Shown one piece after another: positions 47,782 to 56,342 of a stretch of 64,000 nt of DNA. The notes beneath the pieces were generated by a model. The model ran no database searches. It worked only from the letters and a program-made list of their open reading frames with translations, and was not told where the DNA came from. Origin of the DNA: a virus; IMG/VR virus record IMGVR_UViG_3300036860_000542, positions 1 to 64,000 of that record; one strand, written 5' to 3'. A program made the translations under genes and the position numbers. Position 1 is the first letter of the stretch; the number at the start of each line of letters is the position of its first letter.

Positions 47782-48303
47782 TCACTTTCTCCTTTTGGAC
47801 TTGCGAGCTGCAACCTCAAGATAGCGGATCATCCGACGCAACGTGTTCACGTTGTCGTCGATCAGACCAAGAGCCATGTTGCAGATGTGGCAGAGTAACC
47901 CGCGTACCGCGCCTGTTTTATGATCGTGATCGATCGGCCACTTGTGATGATCTCTCCACGGACCACGAGTCTCTTTCGAGCCGCAAATGGCGCAGGCGTG
48001 ACCCTGTCTCTGTAGCATGCGATTGTATTCAGCATCCGTAAGACCGAACTTTCTTAGCCTTCGGGCAGCCGAACGTAGGACTTTTGTCTCCGGCGACTTT
48101 TCGTATGCGCGCCTTTCAGCTAGGTACTTTTTCCAAGCTGCAGGATCTTCTTTCTTCAGCTTCTGCTTCCAGCGCTTGATGCGTTCTCGCGCCTTCCTTT
48201 TACACTCTTCATACCAAGCAGGGTCCTCTTCGGCTTTCTTTCGATGCCAAAGGGTGGACGCGCTCTTTCCGCCCCGATCCTTCATGTACATAGTATAGCT
48301 CAT
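47782..48303 (-). CDS. endonuclease VII-type HNH (homing) endonuclease
   Basis: Q...CAIC...IDHDHKTG.VRGLLC..CN..LG; visibly more AT-rich than neighbours. Confidence 0.88.
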   Translation of the reverse strand: MSYTMYMKDRGGKSASTLWHRKKAEEDPAWYEECKRKARERIKRWKQKLKKEDPAAWKKYLAERRAYEKSPETKVLRSAARRLRKFGLTDAEYNRMLQRQGHACAICGSKETRGPWRDHHKWPIDHDHKTGAVRGLLCHICNMALGLIDDNVNTLRRMIRYLEVAARKSKRRK

Positions 48304-48857
48304 GCCACCGGCCACACCTTGGCCGCGACGACGCGCCTGAGCATCTTCCTCGTGTCGGGACCCGCTACGGGGTCGCAGACAATCCACGTTCCACTCTTCG
48401 GCTCTCGAGCCTCACAGAAGACGTGGCTGTACTGGCGTTCCTTCTTGTAGAACATGTGCCGGAATGCGCAAGTCACCACCCTCACTTCGCATCCAACGGC
48501 AAGGCACAACGCCCCGATGAGCGCTGCCATGTCGTCGCAGTCGAGGTTCGGAATCTGGCCGGTCTTCATCTGGTTGCACACCACGTAAGGCGCCTTGACA
48601 AGCTCGATGGTACGCGGATCGCGCATGTAGCGCGTGTGCGCGGAGACGAAGTTGTTGACGGCCAAGATCTCGGAGAGATAGTCCTTCGTGCGCAGACCCT
48701 GGCAGATGTCCTCAGCGAGCTGGCGCACGCACGAGTGGTTCTGCGACTCGAGCATTCCGCGGGCGATGAAGGCGACGCTATGCGGCGCCCCACGGTAGTC
48801 GAGCTTCAGAACCCTGTCATCACCAAGTCCCCACGGCACGTAGGGGACACTTTCCAC
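48300..48857 (-). CDS. transglutaminase-like (papain-fold) cysteine protease candidate
   Basis: Y..DP..E, DCDD (Cys), SHVF (His), W...DP (Asp). Confidence 0.85.
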   Translation of the reverse strand: MESVPYVPWGLGDDRVLKLDYRGAPHSVAFIARGMLESQNHSCVRQLAEDICQGLRTKDYLSEILAVNNFVSAHTRYMRDPRTIELVKAPYVVCNQMKTGQIPNLDCDDMAALIGALCLAVGCEVRVVTCAFRHMFYKKERQYSHVFCEAREPKSGTWIVCDPVAGPDTRKMLRRVVAAKVWPVA

Positions 48858-48884
48858 CGGAGAAGTCGTGGACTTACACCTGAG

Positions 48885-48914
48885 AATATACAGGACCAGG
48901 GCCTAGGGGTGCAA
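48885..48914 (-). promoter_or_regulatory. sigma70-like promoter
   Basis: Minus strand TTGCAC-18 nt-TATATT. Confidence 0.55.
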
Positions 48915-48918
48915 CTTG

Positions 48919-50559
48919 CTACTCGACGGGCGGGGATTCCGTGGGGACTTCAGGGGCTTCCGCAGGCGGCGCTTCGTCTTCGGTCATGCCGAGCATGGCC
49001 GCAACGCACTTCCTCAGCCAGTTCCGACCGCGCTGCGAGTACAGGATCGACCCGTCCGGCGGGTTGGCGGCCTGAATGAAGGCGTCCGGTCCCATTTGCC
49101 GGAGAGCGGAGATGATCTCCGTGGGCACCATCGAGCGTGCCGAGACGGCGAAGGCCATCGGATCTGTCCCATTGGTGATGGCCTGCTCGACGAACTGCAT
49201 CGCCGCCGCGACCTCCATCGGGTTCAACTCGATGACGTGACCCTGAGAAGGCGCTTGCGGCTTCGGCTTGCGAGTCGAAACCACTGCGGTCTCGCCCTGT
49301 GCTGCGGCACGCGCTGCTTGCGCCGCTCTCTTCCGCTTCAGCACCTCCGGGTTCACCTGAGGAGGAGCAGCGGGCGGGGCGTTCTCGACTCGAGACGCCA
49401 CAGCCTGTGCCATCGGGCTCTGCATCACGGTCTGCAGCACACGCTCCCAAGTGGAAGCCGGCTCCTGTTCGCCAGGACCGAGGATCTCGAGAGCATTCTT
49501 GAGCTGCGCCACCTGCTCGACGGCGTCGAGAGGACCCTTCTCCTTGATGTCGCGCAGCTTCGCGCACTCGGTCTTCGACTCGGCGAGCTGCCTCTCGAGG
49601 TCGGCGACCCGACCCTTGAAGCCGTCGAGCCGGGCCTCGTAGCTCTGCTCGACGGACTTCAACGCCTGGCCATGCGTCTCGCGCAGCATGCTGATCTCAC
49701 GATCGTGCGAGCGATCGCGTCTCTCGAGCTCCGCTTGAAGGCGAGTGCGCTCCGCTTCGACGTCATGGCGATTGTTCTCTCGGAGGGTACGCAGCTCCGA
49801 GTCGAACTGAGCCCGCAGTGCATCGATGCGCCCGGACTCGCCCGCCACCAGGTGCTCGAACGTCTTCTCGATCACCGACGGTGTGGACGGTGTCTTGTTG
49901 GCGTTCGTGATGAGGTTGAGGATCTGGGCATCCTTCTCCGCCATCTGCCGACGCATCTCCATCATCTCTTGCTGCAGCATCTTGACGGCCGGCGGATCGA
50001 AGGCGAGCTTCATGAGCTCCGCATCGCCTCCGCCCTTCTTGCGGTTCTCGTCCTCGAGCTCCCAGGCTCTCTTCTGGCTGAGCTCTGCGGCGCGGGCCAT
50101 GTGGTCGAGGGCCTTGCCCTGCAGGGCGACATCGTCACCGTCCTTGAGCATGGTCTTGGGGGCACCGGGCGTCTCGGCAAGCAGCGCACCACTCAGCCGC
50201 GGATCACCTTCGATCTCGAACGACTTCGCACCCGCGTAGGTCCAACCGCCCTTCGGGTTCGGTCGGAACGTCTTCACCTGGTACTTGCCGCCACCGAAGC
50301 GCTGCTTGATGTCTTTCTCGTCGAAGGGCTCGTCGTACTCCTCCAGGAAGCCGGCGATGTGGTGGCCTTGCCACTCACGAGGGTATTTCCTCTCGAGCTT
50401 GATCTTGAGCGCACCCGAGGTGCCGAGCTCCTGGAGCCACTCGAAGATGGACTTGTCCTCCGCCTGCGCGATCGTCTGCGCGGACATGGACACGTCCTCC
50501 TTCTGCTTGCCCTTGAGCGGCGTCACAGGTGCGACGTCATCGTAGGTCTGTTCACTCAT
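48919..50559 (-). CDS. large coiled-coil protein (assembly/scaffold candidate)
   Basis: AAGGAG SD; N-terminal globular part, about 200 aa of heptads, helical C-terminal domain. Confidence 0.7.
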   Translation of the reverse strand: MSEQTYDDVAPVTPLKGKQKEDVSMSAQTIAQAEDKSIFEWLQELGTSGALKIKLERKYPREWQGHHIAGFLEEYDEPFDEKDIKQRFGGGKYQVKTFRPNPKGGWTYAGAKSFEIEGDPRLSGALLAETPGAPKTMLKDGDDVALQGKALDHMARAAELSQKRAWELEDENRKKGGGDAELMKLAFDPPAVKMLQQEMMEMRRQMAEKDAQILNLITNANKTPSTPSVIEKTFEHLVAGESGRIDALRAQFDSELRTLRENNRHDVEAERTRLQAELERRDRSHDREISMLRETHGQALKSVEQSYEARLDGFKGRVADLERQLAESKTECAKLRDIKEKGPLDAVEQVAQLKNALEILGPGEQEPASTWERVLQTVMQSPMAQAVASRVENAPPAAPPQVNPEVLKRKRAAQAARAAAQGETAVVSTRKPKPQAPSQGHVIELNPMEVAAAMQFVEQAITNGTDPMAFAVSARSMVPTEIISALRQMGPDAFIQAANPPDGSILYSQRGRNWLRKCVAAMLGMTEDEAPPAEAPEVPTESPPVE

Positions 50560-51067
50560 CGGAATCTCCTTCGGGTTCGTCGTTGGATTCCTCGACGGCC
50601 TCATCCGCATCACCCTCGGGGTCTCCAGCTTCCTCGCTCTCATCCGAGGTCGTATGCTCCTCGACGGCCTCCGCCGTGAGCTCGAACGCGGTGAGGTACG
50701 CGGCGGCCTGGCCCTGCAGACGCTTGGCCGTGGTGTCATCGAGAGGGACGCCGGCCTTCATCTTGGCGACCTCGTCCGCGATGACCTTCCCCAGCTCGAG
50801 GGTAGCCAGGATCTGATCAGCGAGCTCGGGTTGGATCAGACTGTCGGACCCATCGATGAGAGCGTCCATCGCCTGCTCGAGACGCACGATGCGAGCTCCG
50901 AAGTGATCCGCCATCGTCTGCATGAGCGGGTAGGCGTTGTCACGGAACTCGTTCTTCGCCTCGATGAACTTGGCCTTGGAGACGCGCTGCTCCGCTTTCG
51001 CCAAGTCCTCCATCAGGAAGGCATGCTCCTCTTGTCCTTCGGTGGTGTCTTCCGGCTTGTCCATCAC
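50552..51067 (-). CDS. helical protein with acidic tail
   Basis: ORF overlapping both neighbours; Glu/Asp-rich C-terminus. Confidence 0.7.
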   Translation of the reverse strand: MMDKPEDTTEGQEEHAFLMEDLAKAEQRVSKAKFIEAKNEFRDNAYPLMQTMADHFGARIVRLEQAMDALIDGSDSLIQPELADQILATLELGKVIADEVAKMKAGVPLDDTTAKRLQGQAAAYLTAFELTAEAVEEHTTSDESEEAGDPEGDADEAVEESNDEPEGDSDE

Positions 51068-51504
51068 TTCTTCTCCTTCTTGCGAGGCGCCAGGTAACGC
51101 TGGCGAGCGTGTTCACGATTCGCGATGTCCATAGGGTCCATGGGGACCCACTCGGAGCATTCGAAGACGCAGTCATCGGTGAGGTCGAGCTCCACACCAG
51201 GGATGACCTTGCAGATGCGGTTGATCTGCCTTGGCGCCCGATCGAGGCCTCTCGACTCCACCTCCGCGAAGGAGTGGATCTCGATGTAGTGACGACAGGG
51301 ACCACGTAGGCAAACGAAGTTGTCCGGGCTGGCCTTCGGAAGCGGTTCGGGTCTCCCAAGGTACCCGACCATGTTCGGGCCGCCGTCCTTCGCCGGAGGC
51401 GGCGCCGGGTCCGGTTCCACGTCCTTCCAGGGGTCGAGCTCCTTTCGCTTCTCGTCGTCGAGCTTGTCGCCGTCTTTACCCACCTGCCGGTTGCCGATCT
51501 TCAT
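51064..51504 (-). CDS. Cys-containing hypothetical protein, first gene of leftward block
   Basis: GGAG SD; C...C.H, C...C..C. Confidence 0.7.
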   Translation of the reverse strand: MKIGNRQVGKDGDKLDDEKRKELDPWKDVEPDPAPPPAKDGGPNMVGYLGRPEPLPKASPDNFVCLRGPCRHYIEIHSFAEVESRGLDRAPRQINRICKVIPGVELDLTDDCVFECSEWVPMDPMDIANREHARQRYLAPRKKEKK

Positions 51505-52240
51505 GGCCGTTTCTCCGAGGTAACTGCGAGGTTCAGTGAGGTTTTCCCGGGATTGTTTTGGGTCCTCGTGTTACCCAAGCCTAAGAACGAGCCAACCCCC
51601 AAGCAAGTTGAAAGATTCAGGGCGGCCGATCGGGGTCCGGGGATCGCCCATTCGGCCGGATTCCCCGGTTTGCGATCCCTCGGGAACCTCCGTTCCAGCG
51701 AGGTTTCCGGCCCGAGGCCTCCGGCCATGGCCAGGTAGGCGGCCGATCGGCCGCGCCCGATGGCCAGGCCAGGGCAGGCTAGGGGGGCGTAGGTCCGTAT
51801 CCCACACTGGAAAAGCGTTCAGTGGATTGCGGCGCGCAAGCGGGTCGCGTGCGGCACCCTGGGATGCCCGCCAAACGCGCCAGGATGCCCGTGGCGCCAC
51901 GATCGCGGCGCCAGGGTACCCTCGGGCACCCCCCGAATTTGCGCGGCGCGGCGTGAAATTGCGACACGCAAATGGGCCGATTTTGCGACAGTGACGCAAG
52001 AAAACCCCGGGACAACTGCGCAGTACGACATGTGATCCCCCGGGAAAATCGCGGATTTGCGCGATCCGGGTGCCGCGGCACGCCGCGTGCTTCCGGGGAA
52101 ATCAGGCGCGGCAAGGCGCCAACCCCCGGGTTTGGGAGGCCCGGGTCGCAGGTAGGTCCGGGGATGACAGGAACCTTCGTGGCGGTTTCCCCAGATCTCG
52201 CACGGTCCACTGCGGACCCACGCCAGGAGTTGTGCCCTGG
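51505..52240. other. non-coding divergence region (origin or genome-end candidate)
   Basis: No credible ORF; palindromes and short repeats; strand switch point. Confidence 0.5.
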
Positions 52241-52244
52241 TCGG

Positions 52245-52261
52245 TCTCTGAAAACTGAATA
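52245..52261 (+). promoter_or_regulatory. boxA-like antitermination element
   Basis: TCTCTGAAAACTGAATA resembles the rrn-leader TCTTTGAAAACTGAA motif; heads the long rightward operon. Confidence 0.55.
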
Positions 52262-52276
52262 GACCTAGGAGTCGTC

Positions 52277-52501
52277 GGCTGTCCTATCACCGAGGCTTCC
52301 CCGCAGGACCAGGGGCGCACGAACCGCTAGCGCAGTCTGGGCAGAGGTAGTCCACTCTCTCACTTGTCACAGGGGAATGAGGTAGGTGTGGTAACGGTCA
52401 CCAGCCGCGACGGACTACCTAGGGGAAAAGCCCCAAACGATTGAGTAACTGCTCAAGCCTTGAACGTACGGGATACCTGCTGTCTGCACGACAGGACAGC
52501 C
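52277..52501 (+). ncRNA. predicted multibranch structured RNA, about 225 nt
   Basis: Nested stems 52277-85/52493-501, 52291-98/52455-62, 52345-53/52412-20 plus small hairpins. Confidence 0.55.
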
Positions 52502-52532
52502 ACAACCTTCAGATCCCTGCCTTCAAGGCCTC

Positions 52533-52808
52533 ATGGAGGGACTCAACCATGATCTACGCCTTGTACACGAAACAGAATCAGAAGGTTCCGTCGCGACTCT
52601 TCGAGTGCTGGGATGATGCCGATGCCTGGCAGAACTCGAGGGAAGCAGACGTCACGGAGCGTTACGAACTACGTCCTCTCCTGGAGAAGGACATGGACAT
52701 GCTCCTCGACGCTTGGACCAAAGGCCAGGCAACACTCCTCGGAAAGGTTTGAACCCTGCTAGGACCCATGACCTCGGTCGTGGGTCTCGATGGAGGGACT
52801 CAACCATG
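52533..52808 (+). repeat. 19-bp direct repeat covering SD and start codon
   Basis: ATGGAGGGACTCAACCATG at 52533-52551 and 52790-52808. Confidence 0.9.
52549..52752 (+). CDS. small early protein
   Basis: GGAGG SD, ATG. Confidence 0.6.
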   Translation: MIYALYTKQNQKVPSRLFECWDDADAWQNSREADVTERYELRPLLEKDMDMLLDAWTKGQATLLGKV

Positions 52809-52979
52809 GAGACCATGGGCCAAGCAATCGACGAGGCTATCCGCAAGCACGAGACGATCTACCCTCAGAGCGAGGTCTATCGCGCTGAGGTGAGCGAATC
52901 GGATCTCCGAACGGCCTGGGTGGTCCTCATCCACGCCAGTCACTTCAGCGTCCCGTGTCGCTACTACGTGAGGAGGTAG
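52806..52979 (+). CDS. small early protein
   Basis: GGAGG SD, ATG. Confidence 0.6.
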   Translation: METMGQAIDEAIRKHETIYPQSEVYRAEVSESDLRTAWVVLIHASHFSVPCRYYVRR

Positions 52980-53141
52980 GTCTCATGGCCAGGCAGTGGC
53001 CAACGAACTACATCCCGAAGAAGGACATCCCCAAGTGCGACATGGGCGTCGCCTGGTGGTGTTGCAACAGTGGCCGCTACCTTACCTGGCGCAAGTTGGT
53101 CGGTCTGGTCAAGTGGGCCCAGAAGAAGGAGAAGTAAGACC

Positions 53142-53462
53142 ATGTCCTACAACGGCTACAAGAACTACGAGACCTGGGCGATCTGCCTCTGGATCGACAA
53201 CGAGGAAGACACCTACCTCTCATGGAAGGATCGAGCCAAGGAGCTCCTCCTAGAGGCCAGAGAGAGTCTTCTCGACGACGCCAACAACGACGAAATCGCC
53301 AAAGCCAGCGAAGACGCCAGGATCCGCCTCGCCGACGAGCTCAAGGATCACTTCGAAGAGGTGATGCCCGACCTTGGAGCGTCGGTCTGGGCCGACCTCC
53401 TGAATGCAGCTCTCAGCGAGGTTGACTGGCACGAGGTCGCCTCCTCTCGCTACGACGAGTAA
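53142..53462 (+). CDS. conserved acidic phage early protein
   Basis: YNG..NYETW...LWIDN...AL.EVDW.E.A pattern. Confidence 0.7.
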   Translation: MSYNGYKNYETWAICLWIDNEEDTYLSWKDRAKELLLEARESLLDDANNDEIAKASEDARIRLADELKDHFEEVMPDLGASVWADLLNAALSEVDWHEVASSRYDE

Positions 53463-54137
53463 AGGCTCCTGCTAGGGTCTACAACTGAGGTTGTAGGCTT
53501 CGATGAAGAAGCTTTTCTCTTGCACTACATCCACTCTCCGATGTACATAATACCCAGGGGGTTGAACGTGGTCCACTGGCACAGCTACTACGACCGGCTC
53601 TACCTTTCCCCATCTTCCCCTCCTCGAGCCGCCTGTCGGCTGTCCACCTCACGAGGGGATCGTATCGACGCCAACATCAGGGAGGTCAACTGTGAGCGGT
53701 GCAAGCTCAAGCACACCCACGAAATGCAGCGAAGCTACACCAAGCTCCGACACGAGATCCTCGCTTCCAAGCGAAAGATCTACTCGTGAAGGTCTCGGTG
53801 GAGAAAGGGATCACAGGCTGGTGGATATTGACGGTCCAGGATGGACCGATGACAGTGATGGAGTTTCATCCAGTCTGGAGATCCCTACTCGAGCGGGTAG
53901 CCTTTCTGTTCGGCGTCGATTGGCCGCCGGAAGCGGACCCGATGGACCTGTGGGATCAGCTCCACCTCCCACGGAGCGGTATATACCGCTAGGTGCTACC
54001 CAGGATCCGTGGCCCTGGGTTGATAGTGAGGTAGTTCGCTACCTCTGCTCGATCGATTCAGGATGGGCACGTCTCAAGGCCCTCCTGTTCCTCGGTTTCT
54101 CGTCCCTCTGATACAATCCAAACGAAGGAGAACGTAC

Positions 54138-54788
54138 ATGAAGACCCGCATCGCTCTTGCCTTGCTCGCGTCCGCTTGCGCCCAGCCTCCGACCGACGTC
54201 CAGGGCTTGGCCCACTCCGTCCCTCAGGGACCCAACACGATCATGGTCGCCGACGACGGCGCGGCGCAGCCCGTGGACATCCAAGCCCTCGCGGCACCTG
54301 CGCCGACGGCGCCGACGGCCGTCGATCCGCCCCCGCCTCCCCCGGCCTGTGTCCAGGGTGACTGGACCTACACCTTCACGTTCGGGCCGGGCACGTGCGA
54401 CTCCGATCCCTTCGTCTCGGCCATCGAAGCCCTGGACGATCCACCCGCGTTCTACCCGTCTCAGTGCTTCGTCCTTCCGGTCAACGCTCCGAACCTGTTC
54501 TCGAGCGCTGGAGCCTTCGTCATCGATGACAACGGCTTCTACGGCCAGCCTGTCACCGTGAACGGTTGTGATTTCGCTATCGACTACCTCCTCGGGCCCA
54601 TGCGCGATGCTTGCGGCGAGGATCGTACCGTGGTCTGGGATTTCTCCTTCACGGCTACTCCGGGGGGCGCAATCGGCTCGGGAACCATCTACCTGGACGT
54701 TGCCAAGGAGGACACGACCGTGGGTGGCGTCATGGTGCCCTATGCCTCTTGCGAGCAGCAAGTCACGATCAACGCCACCAAGCTCTAG
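54138..54788 (+). CDS. lipoprotein with Pro-rich linker and paired cysteines
   Basis: AAGGAG SD; MKTRIALALLASA-C lipobox. Confidence 0.75.
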   Translation: MKTRIALALLASACAQPPTDVQGLAHSVPQGPNTIMVADDGAAQPVDIQALAAPAPTAPTAVDPPPPPPACVQGDWTYTFTFGPGTCDSDPFVSAIEALDDPPAFYPSQCFVLPVNAPNLFSSAGAFVIDDNGFYGQPVTVNGCDFAIDYLLGPMRDACGEDRTVVWDFSFTATPGGAIGSGTIYLDVAKEDTTVGGVMVPYASCEQQVTINATKL

Positions 54789-55107
54789 GGGGACCCATGA
54801 ACATCGAGATCGAAGACGAAGACGAGGTCGTCGTCGAAGTGGATCTCTCCGACCTCGTGAGTCACTGCGACGCTTGCCTCAAGCCTCTCACCGAACTCGA
54901 AGAACCTCTCGGCTACTGCGAAGACTGCGCCTGGGAGATCGCTTCCTGGACGCCGACAAGCTAGAGAAACCAGCCAAGGAGGTCGCCCATGCGTCGGATC
55001 AGCTAAAGCCGACTGCCGCAAAGATCCAGCGCGTGCCCAGTAACCTGGCAGGAGGGTTGGCGACTCTCCCACGCGCCCAGCGGAAACCAAACCAAGGAGG
55101 ATTCCCA

Positions 55108-55383
55108 ATGCGTCTGATGCGTCTCGTCTGCGACGGAAACAAGGATCTGGCTGTGTCCCCCGCGCACGTCATCTCGATCACGAAGGGAGGGGACCGGGAC
55201 AAGGTCATCGTCCGCCTCACGGACAACATCTGCCAATTCGTCATCGGCTCCTACGAGGGTGTCATCCTGGAATGGGAACGCGCCCTCAGTGGCCAGCCTC
55301 CGGCCTACCTCGGACACGAGGAGGACGACCCGGACGACGGCCCACCCGACTCGTTCGATCCGCCCGACTCCGACGGGTACTAG
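55108..55383 (+). CDS. small FlbD-like beta protein with acidic tail
   Basis: AAGGAGG SD; V.P.HV.SI.....V.L.D....V..S.E.V. Confidence 0.5.
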   Translation: MRLMRLVCDGNKDLAVSPAHVISITKGGDRDKVIVRLTDNICQFVIGSYEGVILEWERALSGQPPAYLGHEEDDPDDGPPDSFDPPDSDGY

Positions 55384-56075
55384 CCATGATGAAATCCGTC
55401 CCCGAACTGGCCGCTGCCCTGCATATGGTCCTCGCCAGGCTGGACAGCCAACCCAAGACCTCGGCCGAATGGGAAGCGATCTTCGACGCGCTCCGTGAGG
55501 CCAGCCGCTACGCCCTCAAGAAACTCCAGGAGGAAAGATAGCCATGGAAAACTTCAGCGTCCACGTGGACGACATGTTCGACTGGGAAGACGACGAGCCG
55601 ACCGAGGTGTGGTCGCGCACCCTGCCTGGGTTCGTGCCGGCGCCCCCTTCGGAGAAGCCCACCGTCCGCGCCATGAAGCCCATCCGACTCCAGGCCAAGG
55701 AGGGTGCGTCGTGAACGTGAACATCCGACTCATCGACATCTGCTTCTGCGACTACCTCCTCGATCACCACAACCGCGACGGGGAGATCCTCGTCGGAGTG
55801 CCGCTACGTGGGCAGTCCGCGGAGGAAATGGCCTCGGACATCGTGGACGAGGTCAACCGCGCCGACGACGGGGTGCCCGAGACGCTCACCGACGATCTCG
55901 TGTACGAACACGCGCTCGCCTGCCTGGCGCTGCCCCGGATGTCCTTCCTCTCGCCCATCCCGGAGTTCGCTCCCAACCCGTGCGAGTGCGGCCAGCGCAA
56001 CGGCGACTGCGACTGCGAGCAGCCCTCCGCGTGGTTCCTCGTCAAGTGGGACATCGAACAGCAGGAGGTCGCGTC

Positions 56076-56276
56076 ATGACGAAGAAGGACTATCAGCTCA
56101 TCGCGGAGGCTCTCACGAACTCACGGTGCCCCAAGGTCGGTCCCAAAGACCGAGGGGCGGCTGAGATCAACACCGTCGTGGACGACGTCGTGAGGCAACT
56201 GGCCGAGGCGCTGTCCAAGGACAACCCGCGGTTCGATCGTCAACGGTTCCTCGCTGCCTGCAACTACATGCAGTAG
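56076..56276 (+). CDS. conserved small phage protein
   Basis: MT.KDY.LIA...DNPRFD..RF..AC. Confidence 0.7.
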   Translation: MTKKDYQLIAEALTNSRCPKVGPKDRGAAEINTVVDDVVRQLAEALSKDNPRFDRQRFLAACNYMQ

Positions 56277-56291
56277 CGACTCGCAACTCTC

Positions 56292-56320
56292 TTGACAACG
56301 TCTCAACCGATGTACATCAT
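56292..56320 (+). promoter_or_regulatory. promoter with GATGTACATC palindrome
   Basis: TTGACA-17 nt-CATCAT; palindrome 56309-56318. Confidence 0.6.
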
Positions 56321-56342
56321 CAGAAACCAGGAGGGAACACCC

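Noticed and set aside
47782-48303. HNH nuclease as part of a terminase/packaging unit
   Set aside because: No terminase present; an inserted homing endonuclease fits the lower GC and motif set better
48919-50559. Tail tape-measure protein
   Set aside because: No tail tube, chaperone or baseplate genes nearby, and the charged heptads differ from Ala/Gly-rich tape measures
48916-50679. 587-aa + strand ORF
   Set aside because: Antisense shadow of the coiled-coil gene, as expected in high-GC DNA
52245-52261. rRNA operon implied by the boxA-like motif
   Set aside because: No 16S or 23S sequence follows
52746-53516. Hammerhead ribozymes in the repeated hairpins
   Set aside because: No CUGAUGA plus GAAA core in a three-way junction on either strand
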